Sequence record: PZ787841.1
Direction: 5' to 3' (one strand)
Source of the DNA: a phage
Length of the DNA: 47,035 bases
Of the stretch, positions 35,056-44,854 are shown in pieces; position 1 is the stretch's first letter; every line of letters starts with the position of its first letter. The notes under the pieces are model-generated. The model ran no database searches. It saw only the letters and a program-made list of their open reading frames with translations, and was not told the DNA's origin. The position numbers and the translations under genes were made by a program.

Positions 35056-35449
35056 GCGTATTCTCCACCACGTCGAGGTTTTCACCCTCTTCTCTGGACT
35101 TCCTCAGGGCGTCGACTACATTAGCCGAGTTTGTACCTTGCTCAGGATTTCGGCCTGAAGGTAGGCCACGTGGGGTTCTGGACAGTCCGACCATCGGATA
35201 CAGCACCACAGACTCGAAGGCCCGCAGGGTATCTTTCAGCCGCTGGTTGGTGCTTTTATTAATCAGGTCACGGAAGGGTGCTGCGGTGCGGTAGGTGGTG
35301 AACAGATGGACGTAGGCACCGACAGACGTCAGTCCACGTGCCACGAAGTAGGTGTTGCGGTCCCCGTGCATCAGGCGGGCCATCCATGTGCCATCGCTGC
35401 GTGCGATATGTACATAGACCTTCGGGGTGTTTTTGGTGTCTTTCATGTT
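35021..35449 (-). CDS. AP2-like DNA-binding domain protein
   Basis: MKDTKNTPKVYVHIARSDGTWMARLMHGDRNTYFVARGL...AYVHLF (W-A-R / YLG-like AP2 pattern); no catalytic domain seen. Confidence 0.35.
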   Translation of the reverse strand, partial: NMKDTKNTPKVYVHIARSDGTWMARLMHGDRNTYFVARGLTSVGAYVHLFTTYRTAAPFRDLINKSTNQRLKDTLRAFESVVLYPMVGLSRTPRGLPSGRNPEQGTNSANVVDALRKSREEGENLDVVENTQECKRLVLPLT

Positions 35450-35494
35450 GTCATCTCTTATCCAGCAGATCCAGCGGCTTGCCGGGGGAAGTTT

Positions 35495-35542
35495 AGTATA
35501 GCACACTTCCCCCAACCTGCTAACCTATGAACAACGTTGTTT
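35495..35542 (-). promoter_or_regulatory. Sigma70 promoter TTAGCA-17-(TGc)TATACT (minus strand) with upstream perfect palindrome AACAACGTTGTT
   Basis: Plus-strand agtata at 35495-35500 and tgctaa at 35518-35523; aacaacgttgtt at 35531-35542. Confidence 0.45.
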
Positions 35543-35622
35543 GGCGTGCTTATACGTTTCCTTATATAAGGATCGCCGGCTGTGTGCCAGTCGTGCCAGG
35601 TCCACCTGTACGACACCGAGGG

Positions 35623-35898
35623 TCAGGCAGCATGAACTGTGGGTTCGTCGCCGGGCGCTACACCCGTGCCATCCCTCGATACAGGCCAGCGGCTGTATAC
35701 CAGTACAATCCCGGCGGGGAGCAGCCATTCACGGTGCGCGATTCGCCCGACGTTCGGACCGAGCAGGTTCGCCCGGTACAATGCAGCACATACATCGGAA
35801 TCGAGGAAGACGGCGAGAAGCAGGGCGATAGCCACGCCAAAAGCGACCTCCCACGTGGTCAGCGCCGCGATTTGCAGCATCAGGTTGTTCGATAACAT
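35623..35898 (-). CDS. Small membrane protein
   Basis: MLSNNLMLQIAALTTWEVAFGVAIALLLAVFL... (C-terminal part of ORF 35623..36180). Confidence 0.3.
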   Translation of the reverse strand: MLSNNLMLQIAALTTWEVAFGVAIALLLAVFLDSDVCAALYRANLLGPNVGRIAHREWLLPAGIVLVYSRWPVSRDGTGVAPGDEPTVHAA

Positions 35899-35920
35899 TC
35901 TCCGGTTTGGGTTTTTGGTA

Positions 35921-36382
35921 CTACGCCCCAGCATAACACGGGGCGCACTGACTAGCAAGCTTGACCATAAGACAAAAGGCACTGACCTTTTTCGGTTCGG
36001 CCTCTTTCGTAGCCTCGCGCCGGGCTTCTTCGGCCTGCTGGCGGATTCGATCGATGCGGGCCTCGGCACGTTTTGCCTTGCGCACGGCCTTGTCCTTCTC
36101 ATTGGTACAGTGAAGGCAGATAAACCGGACGTGACGCCAGACCCGTGGGCCTCCACAGTGCCGGCAGATGGTCTTGTCACGTTTTATGCGCAGGTAAATC
36201 CCGTGCTGGTGGGCGTACATCCGCAGCGCCGGAACCGAGCGATCAAGTGCCGCCGCCATTTCCGCAGCGGTCTTTATTCCCGCACCCGCTACAATGTAGC
36301 TCGTGTTCCCGCTGGGTCCCATCTTCCCCTGCCAGCGGCCCTTTATGGTCCTGTTGTGACGCGGTGCTTTCGAGGTCATCAA
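35921..36382 (-). CDS. Zinc-finger protein, possible DNA-binding regulator
   Basis: Intact 153-aa ORF; CRHCGG...CLHCTNE cysteine pairs followed by a basic, helical tail. Confidence 0.35.
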   Translation of the reverse strand: MMTSKAPRHNRTIKGRWQGKMGPSGNTSYIVAGAGIKTAAEMAAALDRSVPALRMYAHQHGIYLRIKRDKTICRHCGGPRVWRHVRFICLHCTNEKDKAVRKAKRAEARIDRIRQQAEEARREATKEAEPKKVSAFCLMVKLASQCAPCYAGA

Positions 36383-36580
36383 GCAAGTCCCCCATCGGGT
36401 TCTGGATTATGAAGTCCGGCGACGAGGTCTTCTTTGCTGTAGTGCTTAATTTGTGATACAGCCGCGATCGATGCAGGAGACACTGCCTCCATGACACCAT
36501 TCACGTTCACTATGTACGCCGCCCCGTGAACTGGGCTATCTTCAGCGCCCTGTCCATCGAGTTTTCGGTATCGTCGGTTT

Positions 36581-37211
36581 TCAGTTGGTCCACTTGGTAT
36601 CTCCATAAAAGACCAGCCGTTGCTGACTGATGAAATCACACCACCAGACCAGAATGTAGCCGATGAAGTAGGCGGCCGGTTCATCATTCGTCACATCGTG
36701 CTCGATGTCATAGTTCTGGTAGATGTAGTTCACTGCGTGGTAGGCTTCATGGGCCATGCTCGCAGGTTCCTGTCCGGTCCCACAGCGCACCAGCATGAAG
36801 ACGCAGTAGAAGTTAGCGCCCGATAATCGTAGACGCGGCCCCCGGACACCGGACCCATATCCTGAAGCCCGAAGTATGGACCAGCTCCTGCAAATCGTCG
36901 GTATGGACGAAGACCAGCTGGGCCGGGTAAACACCCGCCTGTATCAGGGCGTTGTGGTCCCCGACCCATTCTTTCAGTTCTTCAAAGTTCTTGGCATAAG
37001 CAAAAAGGCGGTTGCCCGCCTCCTCCGGTTTACACGATTTCCGCGTGTTTCGCTTTCTTCGAGATCGACAGGAACGTCTCCATGTCGATATGAACCAGTC
37101 AGCGTTCGCCAGCTTCGGCGGCGGCGCATCTTCCGGCGGTCGGTACATGGTGGCCTCGATCGACCAGGCCGAATTCCAGCGAGAGGTTGATGTACGGCTT
37201 GTTGTGCCCAT
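36581..37211 (-). CDS. HExxH-motif protein (possible zinc metallopeptidase, SprT/ImmA-like)
   Basis: MAHEAYHAV in ORF 36581..36934; upstream part in ORF 36813..37211 in another frame. Confidence 0.25.
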
Positions 37212-37860
37212 CGTTCGGTAGGTTGGTCTTCACCAGCACCGACTCGTCGCGGGCCAGTAGCTCCATCACCTGTTCCAGTCGCTCGGTGTACCCCTGCAGC
37301 TCCAGTTTTTCGTCGCAGGTGTCAGGTAGCGGCGGGTCACGTCATCCAGCACGCCTTCGCGGTCATTCTGGTCAGCCATCTTTCTTCTCCATCAGTTCAT
37401 ACCATACCACATAAGGCCACACTACGATCGCAATAAGGGTGGCGATTGCGAAGGCCCACACTGGCGCGTAGCGCTTGTTGATGACGTCATCCAGTACCGC
37501 CAGCGCCGCCACGAACAGACCAACCCACAGATACCACAGAATCAGCCATGCATCTTCGTCTTCCTCTTCTTCCTGCGTGTCGTAGTCTTGGACAGGTCGG
37601 CGGTCACTACCGGGCGTTCATGGTAGCGGCGGTCGGTCGGGCTTGACAACTCGGCACCCATGAAACGGGCGACCGTGCCGTCTTCCCGGCGCACGTCGTA
37701 GGTGTAGCTGTCGAACATTGGGTGGAAGGTGGCGGCAGCGATAAGCCCCAGCCCGGTGATGGCGGCGTCGGCAGACGACCTGTAAACCACCTTCGTGCCC
37801 ACCGGGTACTTCGGCTTCTTTGCGGTCTTGCGACGGAAGTCTGGCACTTTCTTTTTCATC

Positions 37861-38521
37861 TCAACGTCTCTTGGTCAGTGTAGCCAGTTGCGCCTTAAGC
37901 GGCGCTTTGATGGCTTCGGTCACCGCCACCCGGCCCAGATAGGTCGGCTGGATAGAGCTCGACTCAACGTTCTTTTGTGGGGTGTTCCAGTAGGGCATCG
38001 TCTCCCAGCTGTAGACCCAGCCTTCGAGGTCGCAGGTGATGATGTTCGCCTCGTTGGACACATTATACCATGCCTTCCCCGCGAGTTCAACCCCGTCCCA
38101 CAAATACGGGCTACGCTGCCCGATCACCTGGTCTTTTTCGCAGGCTGTCGGCGAACTGCTTTGCCTTTGCCTGCTCGGTCAGGTGGGCAATAATAAGGCC
38201 GATAAACGTCAACAGACCCCCGCATATCGCCATCGTCGCCAGCATGGCTATCCCGGTTAGTACCTTCTCCATTCGTCGCGCTCCTGTAGTCAGTACGGAT
38301 ATCACACGGCTGTCGGCGCGTGGAAACCACAGGAAATGGTCCTCCTGCGTCTTCAAGTTCCACACCGTCAGCAGCACGTCATACACGCCACGGTAGCCGA
38401 CCTCACGGGCATAGTAGACACCATCTGGCACCTTCTCGTCGTTCTTCACTTCGATGTAATGGTCGGTCAGTTCGGGCCAGTCATGCACCCTTGGCATATG
38501 CAGATAAAAGAACTCCGGCAT
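37861..38521 (-). CDS. Hypothetical protein with a central transmembrane segment
   Basis: ORF 38111..38521 (TGIAMLATMAICGGLLTFIGLIIAHL), continuing in ORF 37861..38127. Confidence 0.3.
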
Positions 38522-38880
38522 GAGCAGGGAGGCACCTGCGTCTCTTCACGCTCCGACTTCGCCAGCGCGATATGCAGGTCGAAATATTCCGCCACTTCGT
38601 CATCGCGGCGCTCAATTGCCCGCACCTGCTTGCGCATTGTCTTCATTGCGCGGCGGTTGGACCGCCACCAGCTATGTTTTTTCATACGTCATCCCATCTC
38701 TTGGCTGCACTGAATTTCGGGGTTTCTGCCCGTGCCACTCGTCCCAAGATGTAGTCCGGGCGGCGGGCGTCTGGTTGTGGACAGATGGCGAGGATACGCC
38801 AGCCTTTGTCCAGAGACCTCTGGATGAGGTCTGTACAAGCATCTTCACACAGCATAAGCTCATTCATTGCCATCAGTCCC

Positions 38881-39381
38881 TCACCGGGCTGGCGGGAGTT
38901 GGTGACGGTATTCGAACATCATGCGACTAGCCCGGCCCAGCTGGTCGATGACCTTCTCGTTCAGCTTAATCAGGCTTTCCATGAAGAGAATGCCCGATTG
39001 CTCCGGTTGCGCGGCGGGTGGCACCACGTCCACGGTCCGGGACTTCCGCACATGCACCTCGATACCGAGGTCCAGCAGGTTCATATACTCGGTATCCTGA
39101 ATCTCCGCGTCGAAGTCGCGGTAGTACGGGTACTGCTCCAGCAGTGAGGCCAGCTTCGTGTGGTCCTGCGTCAGCTCCTGCCAGCTGTTCTGGCGGTTGT
39201 CCTCACCCACCGCGTATTTGGCTGGTGGGTAGTAGCGGAACCCAAAAGGCGGGTCACGCCGGGCGTCCTCGGTCGGCAGCACTCGCAGCTCCGGGTGAAG
39301 CTCTGCCATCTTCTGCTGGGCCGGGGTCAGCTTGTCAGCGTACCCCATAGCCACGTTGACGTCAATCAGCCGGACTTTCAC
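38881..39381 (-). CDS. Hypothetical protein
   Basis: Intact 166-aa ORF MKVRLIDVNVAMGYADKLTPAQQ... Confidence 0.35.
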   Translation of the reverse strand: MKVRLIDVNVAMGYADKLTPAQQKMAELHPELRVLPTEDARRDPPFGFRYYPPAKYAVGEDNRQNSWQELTQDHTKLASLLEQYPYYRDFDAEIQDTEYMNLLDLGIEVHVRKSRTVDVVPPAAQPEQSGILFMESLIKLNEKVIDQLGRASRMMFEYRHQLPPAR

Positions 39382-39635
39382 TTATCACCACCTACATTGT
39401 TGGAAGTTGATGATGGTGATGTGCTGCGGTTTGGGCGCTTTCGACGAAGGCCCAGATGAAGGCACCGACCCAACCCAGCAAGGTCCAGCCCAACAGCAGA
39501 TCGAGGAAGAATACCGCCAGTTTGTTGTGATGCCCGTTCAGGCACGCCGCGATAGTCGGCAGGAAGTACGAGCAGATGATGACGATAAGGGTGGCTGGAG
39601 GAGTCATGATTGTTTCCTCTCTTTCATGGGTTAGG

Positions 39636-40020
39636 TCAGGCCGACTTTTTGGTGCGCTTGGCATATGACCCGCGCGGTTTGTCGGATACACGGCACTCGT
39701 TCCCGGCGTAGTTGAAGCCGTCGTCCTCGCGGAACTCGGCCCGGCCCGGATGTCGTACTCTTTGATGTTGGTAGATGGCACGGGTTGACGTGCTCACGGG
39801 CGCGGCGAGTGGCACCGAACTCGGTGGACTCACCGTAGTGGTTGCGGTTGCAGGTCGGGCAGTTGATGTCGGGATGACGGCGTTGTGGAAGTGTGCATCA
39901 TGGTAGCCGTCCTTCAGCGTGGCGGTGGCGCCGCACGAGTCACAAATAAGGGTGGCGGTGAAGTCGTTCCCGTGCTGGTGGGTGATGGTCTGGACTTTTC
40001 TCTGTATCTCCGGGTGGTGC
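39636..40020 (-). CDS. Zinc-ribbon protein
   Basis: CDSCGAT...CPTCNRNHYGE after stitching; GGAGA RBS before the start. Confidence 0.3.
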
Positions 40021-40035
40021 TGGGTTTATTAGCCT

Positions 40036-40200
40036 TTATACTGGATTGCGGTGCCGTCGAAGTAGATACACATAACCATAGCACCCTTGCGCAGCAGAAC
40101 TGAACCGAGGTCGGTTCTCGAACTCGGTCCAACCCTGCGCGGTCGCTTTTGCCACCGATACTGCCTGCTGGTTAGTTGCTTTCATCTCTAAATCTCCGGT
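40036..40200 (-). CDS. Small protein behind promoter b
   Basis: CAACCGGAGAtTTAGAGATG leader, MKATNQQAVSVAKATAQGWTEFENRP... Confidence 0.3.
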   Translation of the reverse strand, partial: TGDLEMKATNQQAVSVAKATAQGWTEFENRPRFSSAAQGCYGYVYLLRRHRNPV

Positions 40201-40228
40201 TGGTGCTTTGTGCTGCTTCTGAATTTTT

Positions 40229-40300
40229 ACTATACCATAGGGTTGGGGTGTTGTCAATCCCCCAACTTATCTCTATGTAGAAGATGTGACACGCATCACA
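40229..40300 (-). promoter_or_regulatory. Consensus sigma70 promoter TTGACA-17-TATAGT (minus strand) with an upstream TGTGA-N6-TCACA palindrome
   Basis: Plus-strand actata at 40229-40234 and tgtcaa at 40252-40257; palindrome tgtgacacgcatcaca at 40285-40300. Confidence 0.55.
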
Positions 40301-40809
40301 CTCTTAGTGTCCGACCCATATCTTGTCGGTGAACCGCAGCACCGGGACATACAACGACTTGTCGAGGCTTTTGAGTCTGCACGAGGGCATCAGGTTCGGA
40401 CTCCCACACAAACGGCACGTTGTCATCGTAGCCTAGGGCCGGGTCATGCACCACCGGGGTGAAGTCGCGGCAGTCGACCACCAGCGCGTGGAACTCCACC
40501 TTTGACCGCGAAGACCAGATAGATGTTCCCGGTTTCCAGCCAGTGGCCCGCTGCGATGTCCACGGTCGCCGTTCGGATCGACAGGAGACTGGCACAGGCT
40601 TTCAGGTTCGCCGACCGGGTGTACAGGTCGTGGATATTGGTATAAAGCTCTTCCGTGATATCAATATCGGACATCATGAGCAAGCAGGCGGTCACGCAGG
40701 ACCGACGGGTGGCTTGTAGGACTTCGCGGATGGGTTTCATATACATTGCCTTTAGAAGAGAACGATTCGGCGGGTATTGTTGCCCCCGCCGTCGAACAAA
40801 AGATGGGTA

Positions 40810-41665
40810 CTATGGGAGGCGGCCGACGACTTCCAGCACCTTGCACACGGCATCAGAAGACCCGGAGATGGTCGTCGTCTGCTCCGGTGACACCGTCGAA
40901 TAGGTCAGGTAGTCATCGCCGACCACTTCGCCGACCTGCGGCACGCAGTCGATGCCCACCCCGCCGTGGTACACTTCGCTGTGAACGCTGACACCACGCA
41001 TCATGTCGCCGAAGTCGGTGTCACCCGCCACCGTGTCCGCGAAGGTATCGGCACCGTGCAGTCGGTCGATGACCCCCTGCTTCTGGTCGATGGTCATCTC
41101 GTGCAGGCGGACTGTATCCCGTAGGGTATGATTGGCCTGTTGCGCCTCTTCCAGCGCCTCCATCAGGTAGGAACTGCTGCTTGGCCTTCGCCACATCTTC
41201 GTGTGCGTCTGCTATCTCGGCACGCAGACGGGCCACGATACCATCGGCGTGCTTCAGCGGTGACGCGTCTGCAACCACGGCTTCCGGTTCACGCAGGCCA
41301 TCGAACATGCCGGAGATGTCCATGCCGAGCGCCTGCAGGATCACCAGCACCGACATAGCCGAGACTACATCCCGCAGGCCCACGTAGTAGTGGAAGCGCA
41401 CAATCATCTCTGACACGTAGACGTCGGCCTTGTCCAGTTCGCGGGCTTCGATGATGTCCACCGAGTCGCCAAAACGCTGGTTCAGGTACACGATAGCCTG
41501 CCCCACCTTCGGGCTTTCCATCTTGCCGTCCGGTCCTTCCACCTTGACCGGGGTCGCGGTCACCCACGGTGGCTGCTGGTTCACCTGCGGCGGTTGCGGC
41601 ACGTTCGGGGTTTTCTCGCCCACTACTGGACGGCGGCGTTTCATTGGTTCGGTCATTTTACTCAC
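40810..41665 (-). CDS. Hypothetical protein (about 280 aa)
   Basis: ORFs 41021..41665 and 40810..41196 in two frames; no motif recognised. Confidence 0.35.
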
Positions 41666-41863
41666 CTAAAGCTTGCGGATTTTTACTAGCCCATGATGCG
41701 GTGGTCAGGGGCAGGGAGTGCACACGGCCTTTCTTGTCGTCGTGGAAGGCCGCGAAGTCGGTGTCGAGCGGGTTGCGGATACGACGACCAACTTGACATT
41801 GGTGTGCAGGCCGCGAGACTGGTACACAGACCAGATACCCGGAGATGTGGCGCGGATAAGCTA

Positions 41864-41981
41864 CCATAAGACCCCCGCCAGCAGGATCACTGCCAATACT
41901 ACCGCGAAGCCGTACCATGTTGCGCGGCCTGCTTCACGTGCTGGGTTCTCGGTGGTGTACTCGAACAGTGTATTTGTTCAT
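41864..41981 (-). CDS. Small membrane peptide behind promoter c
   Basis: CAACCCGGAGATgaAGAGATG leader, MNKYTV... then WYGFAVVLAVILLAGVLW after a frame break. Confidence 0.3.
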
Positions 41982-42022
41982 CTCTTCATCTCCGGGTTGG
42001 TGGGGGCTTTGCCCCTGAATTT

Positions 42023-42083
42023 AGTATAACATAGGGGTTGGGGCGCGTAATATTTGGTATGCGAAGATGTGACCTATGTCACA
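42023..42083 (-). promoter_or_regulatory. Extended -10 promoter TGtTATACT (minus strand) with an upstream perfect TGTGA-N6-TCACA palindrome
   Basis: Plus-strand agtata at 42023-42028; palindrome tgtgacctatgtcaca at 42068-42083, centred near -60. Confidence 0.5.
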
Positions 42084-42501
42084 GTTTACCCCGCTGCACT
42101 GCCTCCTTCTCGCGTCTGGTCATCATGGTTTTTACCCTAATGGTGGTGTCGATGACCTGCTCGTTGTAAAGCAGGTCCATCCACTGGATGATCGGGCCAT
42201 GTCGCCCTCGAACTTCTGCGACTGAATCTGCCAGTAGGTGACGTGGGGTAGTACATCACCGTCCGGGTCAGGTTGAAGCGCACACTGCGCATTTTCGGGT
42301 CGATTTCGAACTCACAACCCTTGAACTGCCGCCGCTGTCGTCCATCTGCTGGACCAGAGCGGAGGCAATGCCCATAACTGGGCTTGTGTTGTTTTCAGCT
42401 TGGCAGTCATTAGTATTCCACCTTAGGCAGGGATTCCATTTCATAGCGGCGCATAGCGCCACGCAGCACGTTTCCGAGGTTCATGCGTTGCATTCCGGGG
42501 T

Positions 42502-43348
42502 TCAGATGCCGTAGCGGTTCTGCAGGTCGGAGAGGCTGCAGGTTGTTTTCTTGTTGCCAGTCCCCACGTGGTCGATGCCCAGCACTCGCAGCACTTCGGC
42601 GGTGTAGCGGTAGACGTCGGAGATATCCATGCCGCGCAGAGCAGACGCCACGTAGTCCACGATGTAGATGGTCTTGCGCCCGGTAGTAGTGACGCCCAGC
42701 CCGACCGTGTAGCGGTCCATGTCCGGGTCAACCTTGTAGTTGCCGTTGAAGTCCACGCCCCAGTCGCACGCTTCGCAGTTGCAGACGGTGCTTTCGTGTT
42801 CCAGCACTCCGTCCGGGTTCACCTTGCCGAATACCAAGTCTTTGCTGTTGACGCTCGGGCAGGCTTTGAGGGCGAACAGATTAGCGCGGGTGATGCGCGG
42901 TGCTTTGGTCACGCGTTCGATGCGCTCGGCTTCTTTGCGCTCGGCTACACGTTCCATCACTTCGCGGCCTTTCGCGTTGCCACGGTTCATCAGCATAGCC
43001 GCCATGCCGGATGGCTTGCGCGGGGTTTCGTCGTGCTCTTCGGCGATATGCTCTGCCAGCGATTCGGCGCTCAGGAACTCGCAATCGCACTTCTCGCACA
43101 GGTGGGTGTTGTCGAGGTTGAAGGATACCTCGGGTGATTCTTGTCGCCAGCGGCGGACAGGGTTTCGATGGCTTGGTCGAAGCCAACTTCAGCGAGAGCT
43201 TCGAGCGCGGCTACGGTCGCCGGGTCGCTGTCTACTTTGCCAGAACGGATTTTGCGGGTTGCACCATTTTCGTCGGTATAGGTCACCCAACCGTTATTGA
43301 TGCTCGCGCGACTTGCACTAATTTGCCGTCTACGATAGCCTTGCTCAT
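42502..43348 (-). CDS. Zinc-finger protein (about 280 aa), candidate early regulator
   Basis: AGGAGA RBS and ATG at 43346-43348 (MSKAIVDGKLVQVARASI...); HLCEKCDCEF...EHIAEEH and CNCEACDWG motifs; ORFs 43071..43286 and 42502..43005. Confidence 0.4.
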
Positions 43349-43396
43349 TGTGTATCTCCTAATCTCTCATTGCCGGGGGCGTTGCCCCGAATCTTA

Positions 43397-43461
43397 AGTA
43401 TAACATAGAGTTGGGATTTGCGCCAAGCATCGACATAATCGAGAGTGTGACCTTTGTCACG
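43397..43461 (-). promoter_or_regulatory. Sigma70 promoter TTGGCG-18-(TGt)TATACT (minus strand) with an upstream TGTGA-N6-TCACg site
   Basis: Plus-strand agtata at 43397-43402; tgtgacctttgtcacg at 43446-43461; leader hairpin GGGGC-gtt-GCCCC at 43375-43388. Confidence 0.45.
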
Positions 43462-43755
43462 GAACGGCACCATAAAGGCCGTAGAAATGGCAGGCTAACA
43501 GCACATGTATCCGGCACTGGGTGTCATGCCGCAGGAGTGGCAGCACGTGATACAACGTCGTGCCTTTCCCGTTTATGGACGGAGTATACCAGCGGTTCAT
43601 GTGTTTCCACGCGTCCCGTATATCAGCCAGCTCGTTCCCGATATCGTCCGGTATACCCTTGTAGTAGTCGAGGAAGTCATCGACCGCCACATGGTGGGCC
43701 ATCTCCGCCGTGCTGGTCTTTGCAATGAAATTCCCGTCTTTCGACGGGATGAGGA

Positions 43756-44169
43756 TCATACCCTCGCTAACAAACCGAATAGCCATTCGCGTTTAACCTC
43801 TTCGCTGAAGGAGTGGCGGACGGCGTCCAAGTCCATCGTGGTCGGTCTTGATGGAAGGGTCCACGCCAGCGTGCCCTCGATGGCATACCATCCGACACTC
43901 CGACTTCTACAAACAGCCAGACATTGCCCGCCATCCCGTGGCGGCGAAGCCATGAACGTTGGCCCTGCGAAGTGGGTCAGGTCCAGTCGGCCCTTGTCGT
44001 CCAGCTCCCCAGCCTTCATCTCGATAAACCCGTGTTTTGTGCCATAGGTGAAGCACAGGTCAGGGAATGATGGCGCGGTGGCTGGCGACTCGATGCGGTC
44101 GTATGCCACGTTCATGTGCCGAAGGACCGGGCGAAGCTGGTCCCACATTTTCTGCTCCGGTTTACGCAT
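43756..44169 (-). CDS. VRR-NUC-type (PD-(D/E)xK) nuclease
   Basis: FPDLCFTYGTKHGFIEMKAGE in ORF 43756..44214. Confidence 0.45.
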   Translation of the reverse strand: MRKPEQKMWDQLRPVLRHMNVAYDRIESPATAPSFPDLCFTYGTKHGFIEMKAGELDDKGRLDLTHFAGPTFMASPPRDGGQCLAVCRSRSVGWYAIEGTLAWTLPSRPTTMDLDAVRHSFSEEVKREWLFGLLARV

Positions 44170-44171
44170 TT

Positions 44172-44743
44172 TCAGCACCCAAATAGTCGATGCGACCAAG
44201 GTAGTGGTCGGCACTCAGGGTCAGACAGCTCGTTCCACAGGGCCATCGCCGCCGACTTCCAGAGCGGTGATACATGGTCGAGGTACTGGATGAAACGCTG
44301 GTTCAGCCCGTGTAGCTGGTCGCGGGCGTAGCTACCTTCCCCATGCTCCATCAGCCAGTACAGCGCCTCGATGAAATCGGCGATTCGACACATACCTTGA
44401 TCGGGCCTTTGGTGTCGATTGACCGATAGTAGCCATCGCCTGCAGTCGCTTCCAGAGCTTCGAGTTTTGCCTTTGCGCCGAGGTACTGCTTGGTCGGCGT
44501 GTTGATGTCGCCAGTGAAGACTTCCGGCGCATCGTGCCACAAGGCCATGACCGCCACGCGACCCAGCTCCACGTCGGTGGCGGCTTCGCCGGGGTTCCCA
44601 CCAGTGCGGCGTAGCCACAGGTCCATCGCCAGCATAGCCACGGCCCATGAGTGTTGCGCCACGTTCTGTGGACGGGTGGTCGGCACTATCTGCCAGCGGT
44701 TTACATACTGTGCGCGCATCAGGTCGCGGGGGGTCATATTCAT
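44172..44743 (-). CDS. datZ: HD-domain phosphohydrolase, DatZ-like dATP hydrolase candidate
   Basis: HD motif QHSWAVAML...LWHDAPEVFTGD in ORF 44351..44743; small size; sits beside the PurA-homologue and MazG-like genes. Confidence 0.6.
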
Positions 44744-44854
44744 CTTGTTATACCTTCTTCGAGTTGTGTTGTGACAGATAGTGCCGTTTGCGGGCGTCCT
44801 GCGAGGAGAACCGTCTACCGCAGACTACACAGAGATATTTCTCTATCGGTATGT

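Noticed and set aside
35021-35449. Integrase / lysogeny module
   Set aside because: Only an AP2-like DNA-binding domain is present, with no tyrosine or serine recombinase catalytic region and no CI/Cro-like pair; no evidence for temperate lifestyle in this window.
40229-40257. Phage single-subunit RNA polymerase (T7-like) promoters as the explanation for the conserved 23-bp motif
   Set aside because: The motif decomposes into consensus sigma70 -35 and -10 hexamers with a 17-bp spacer, and no phage RNA polymerase gene is present.
42068-42083. LexA (SOS) box reading of ctgtgacataggtcacat
   Set aside because: Spacing does not fit CTGT-N8-ACAG; the site fits TGTGA-N6-TCACA exactly.
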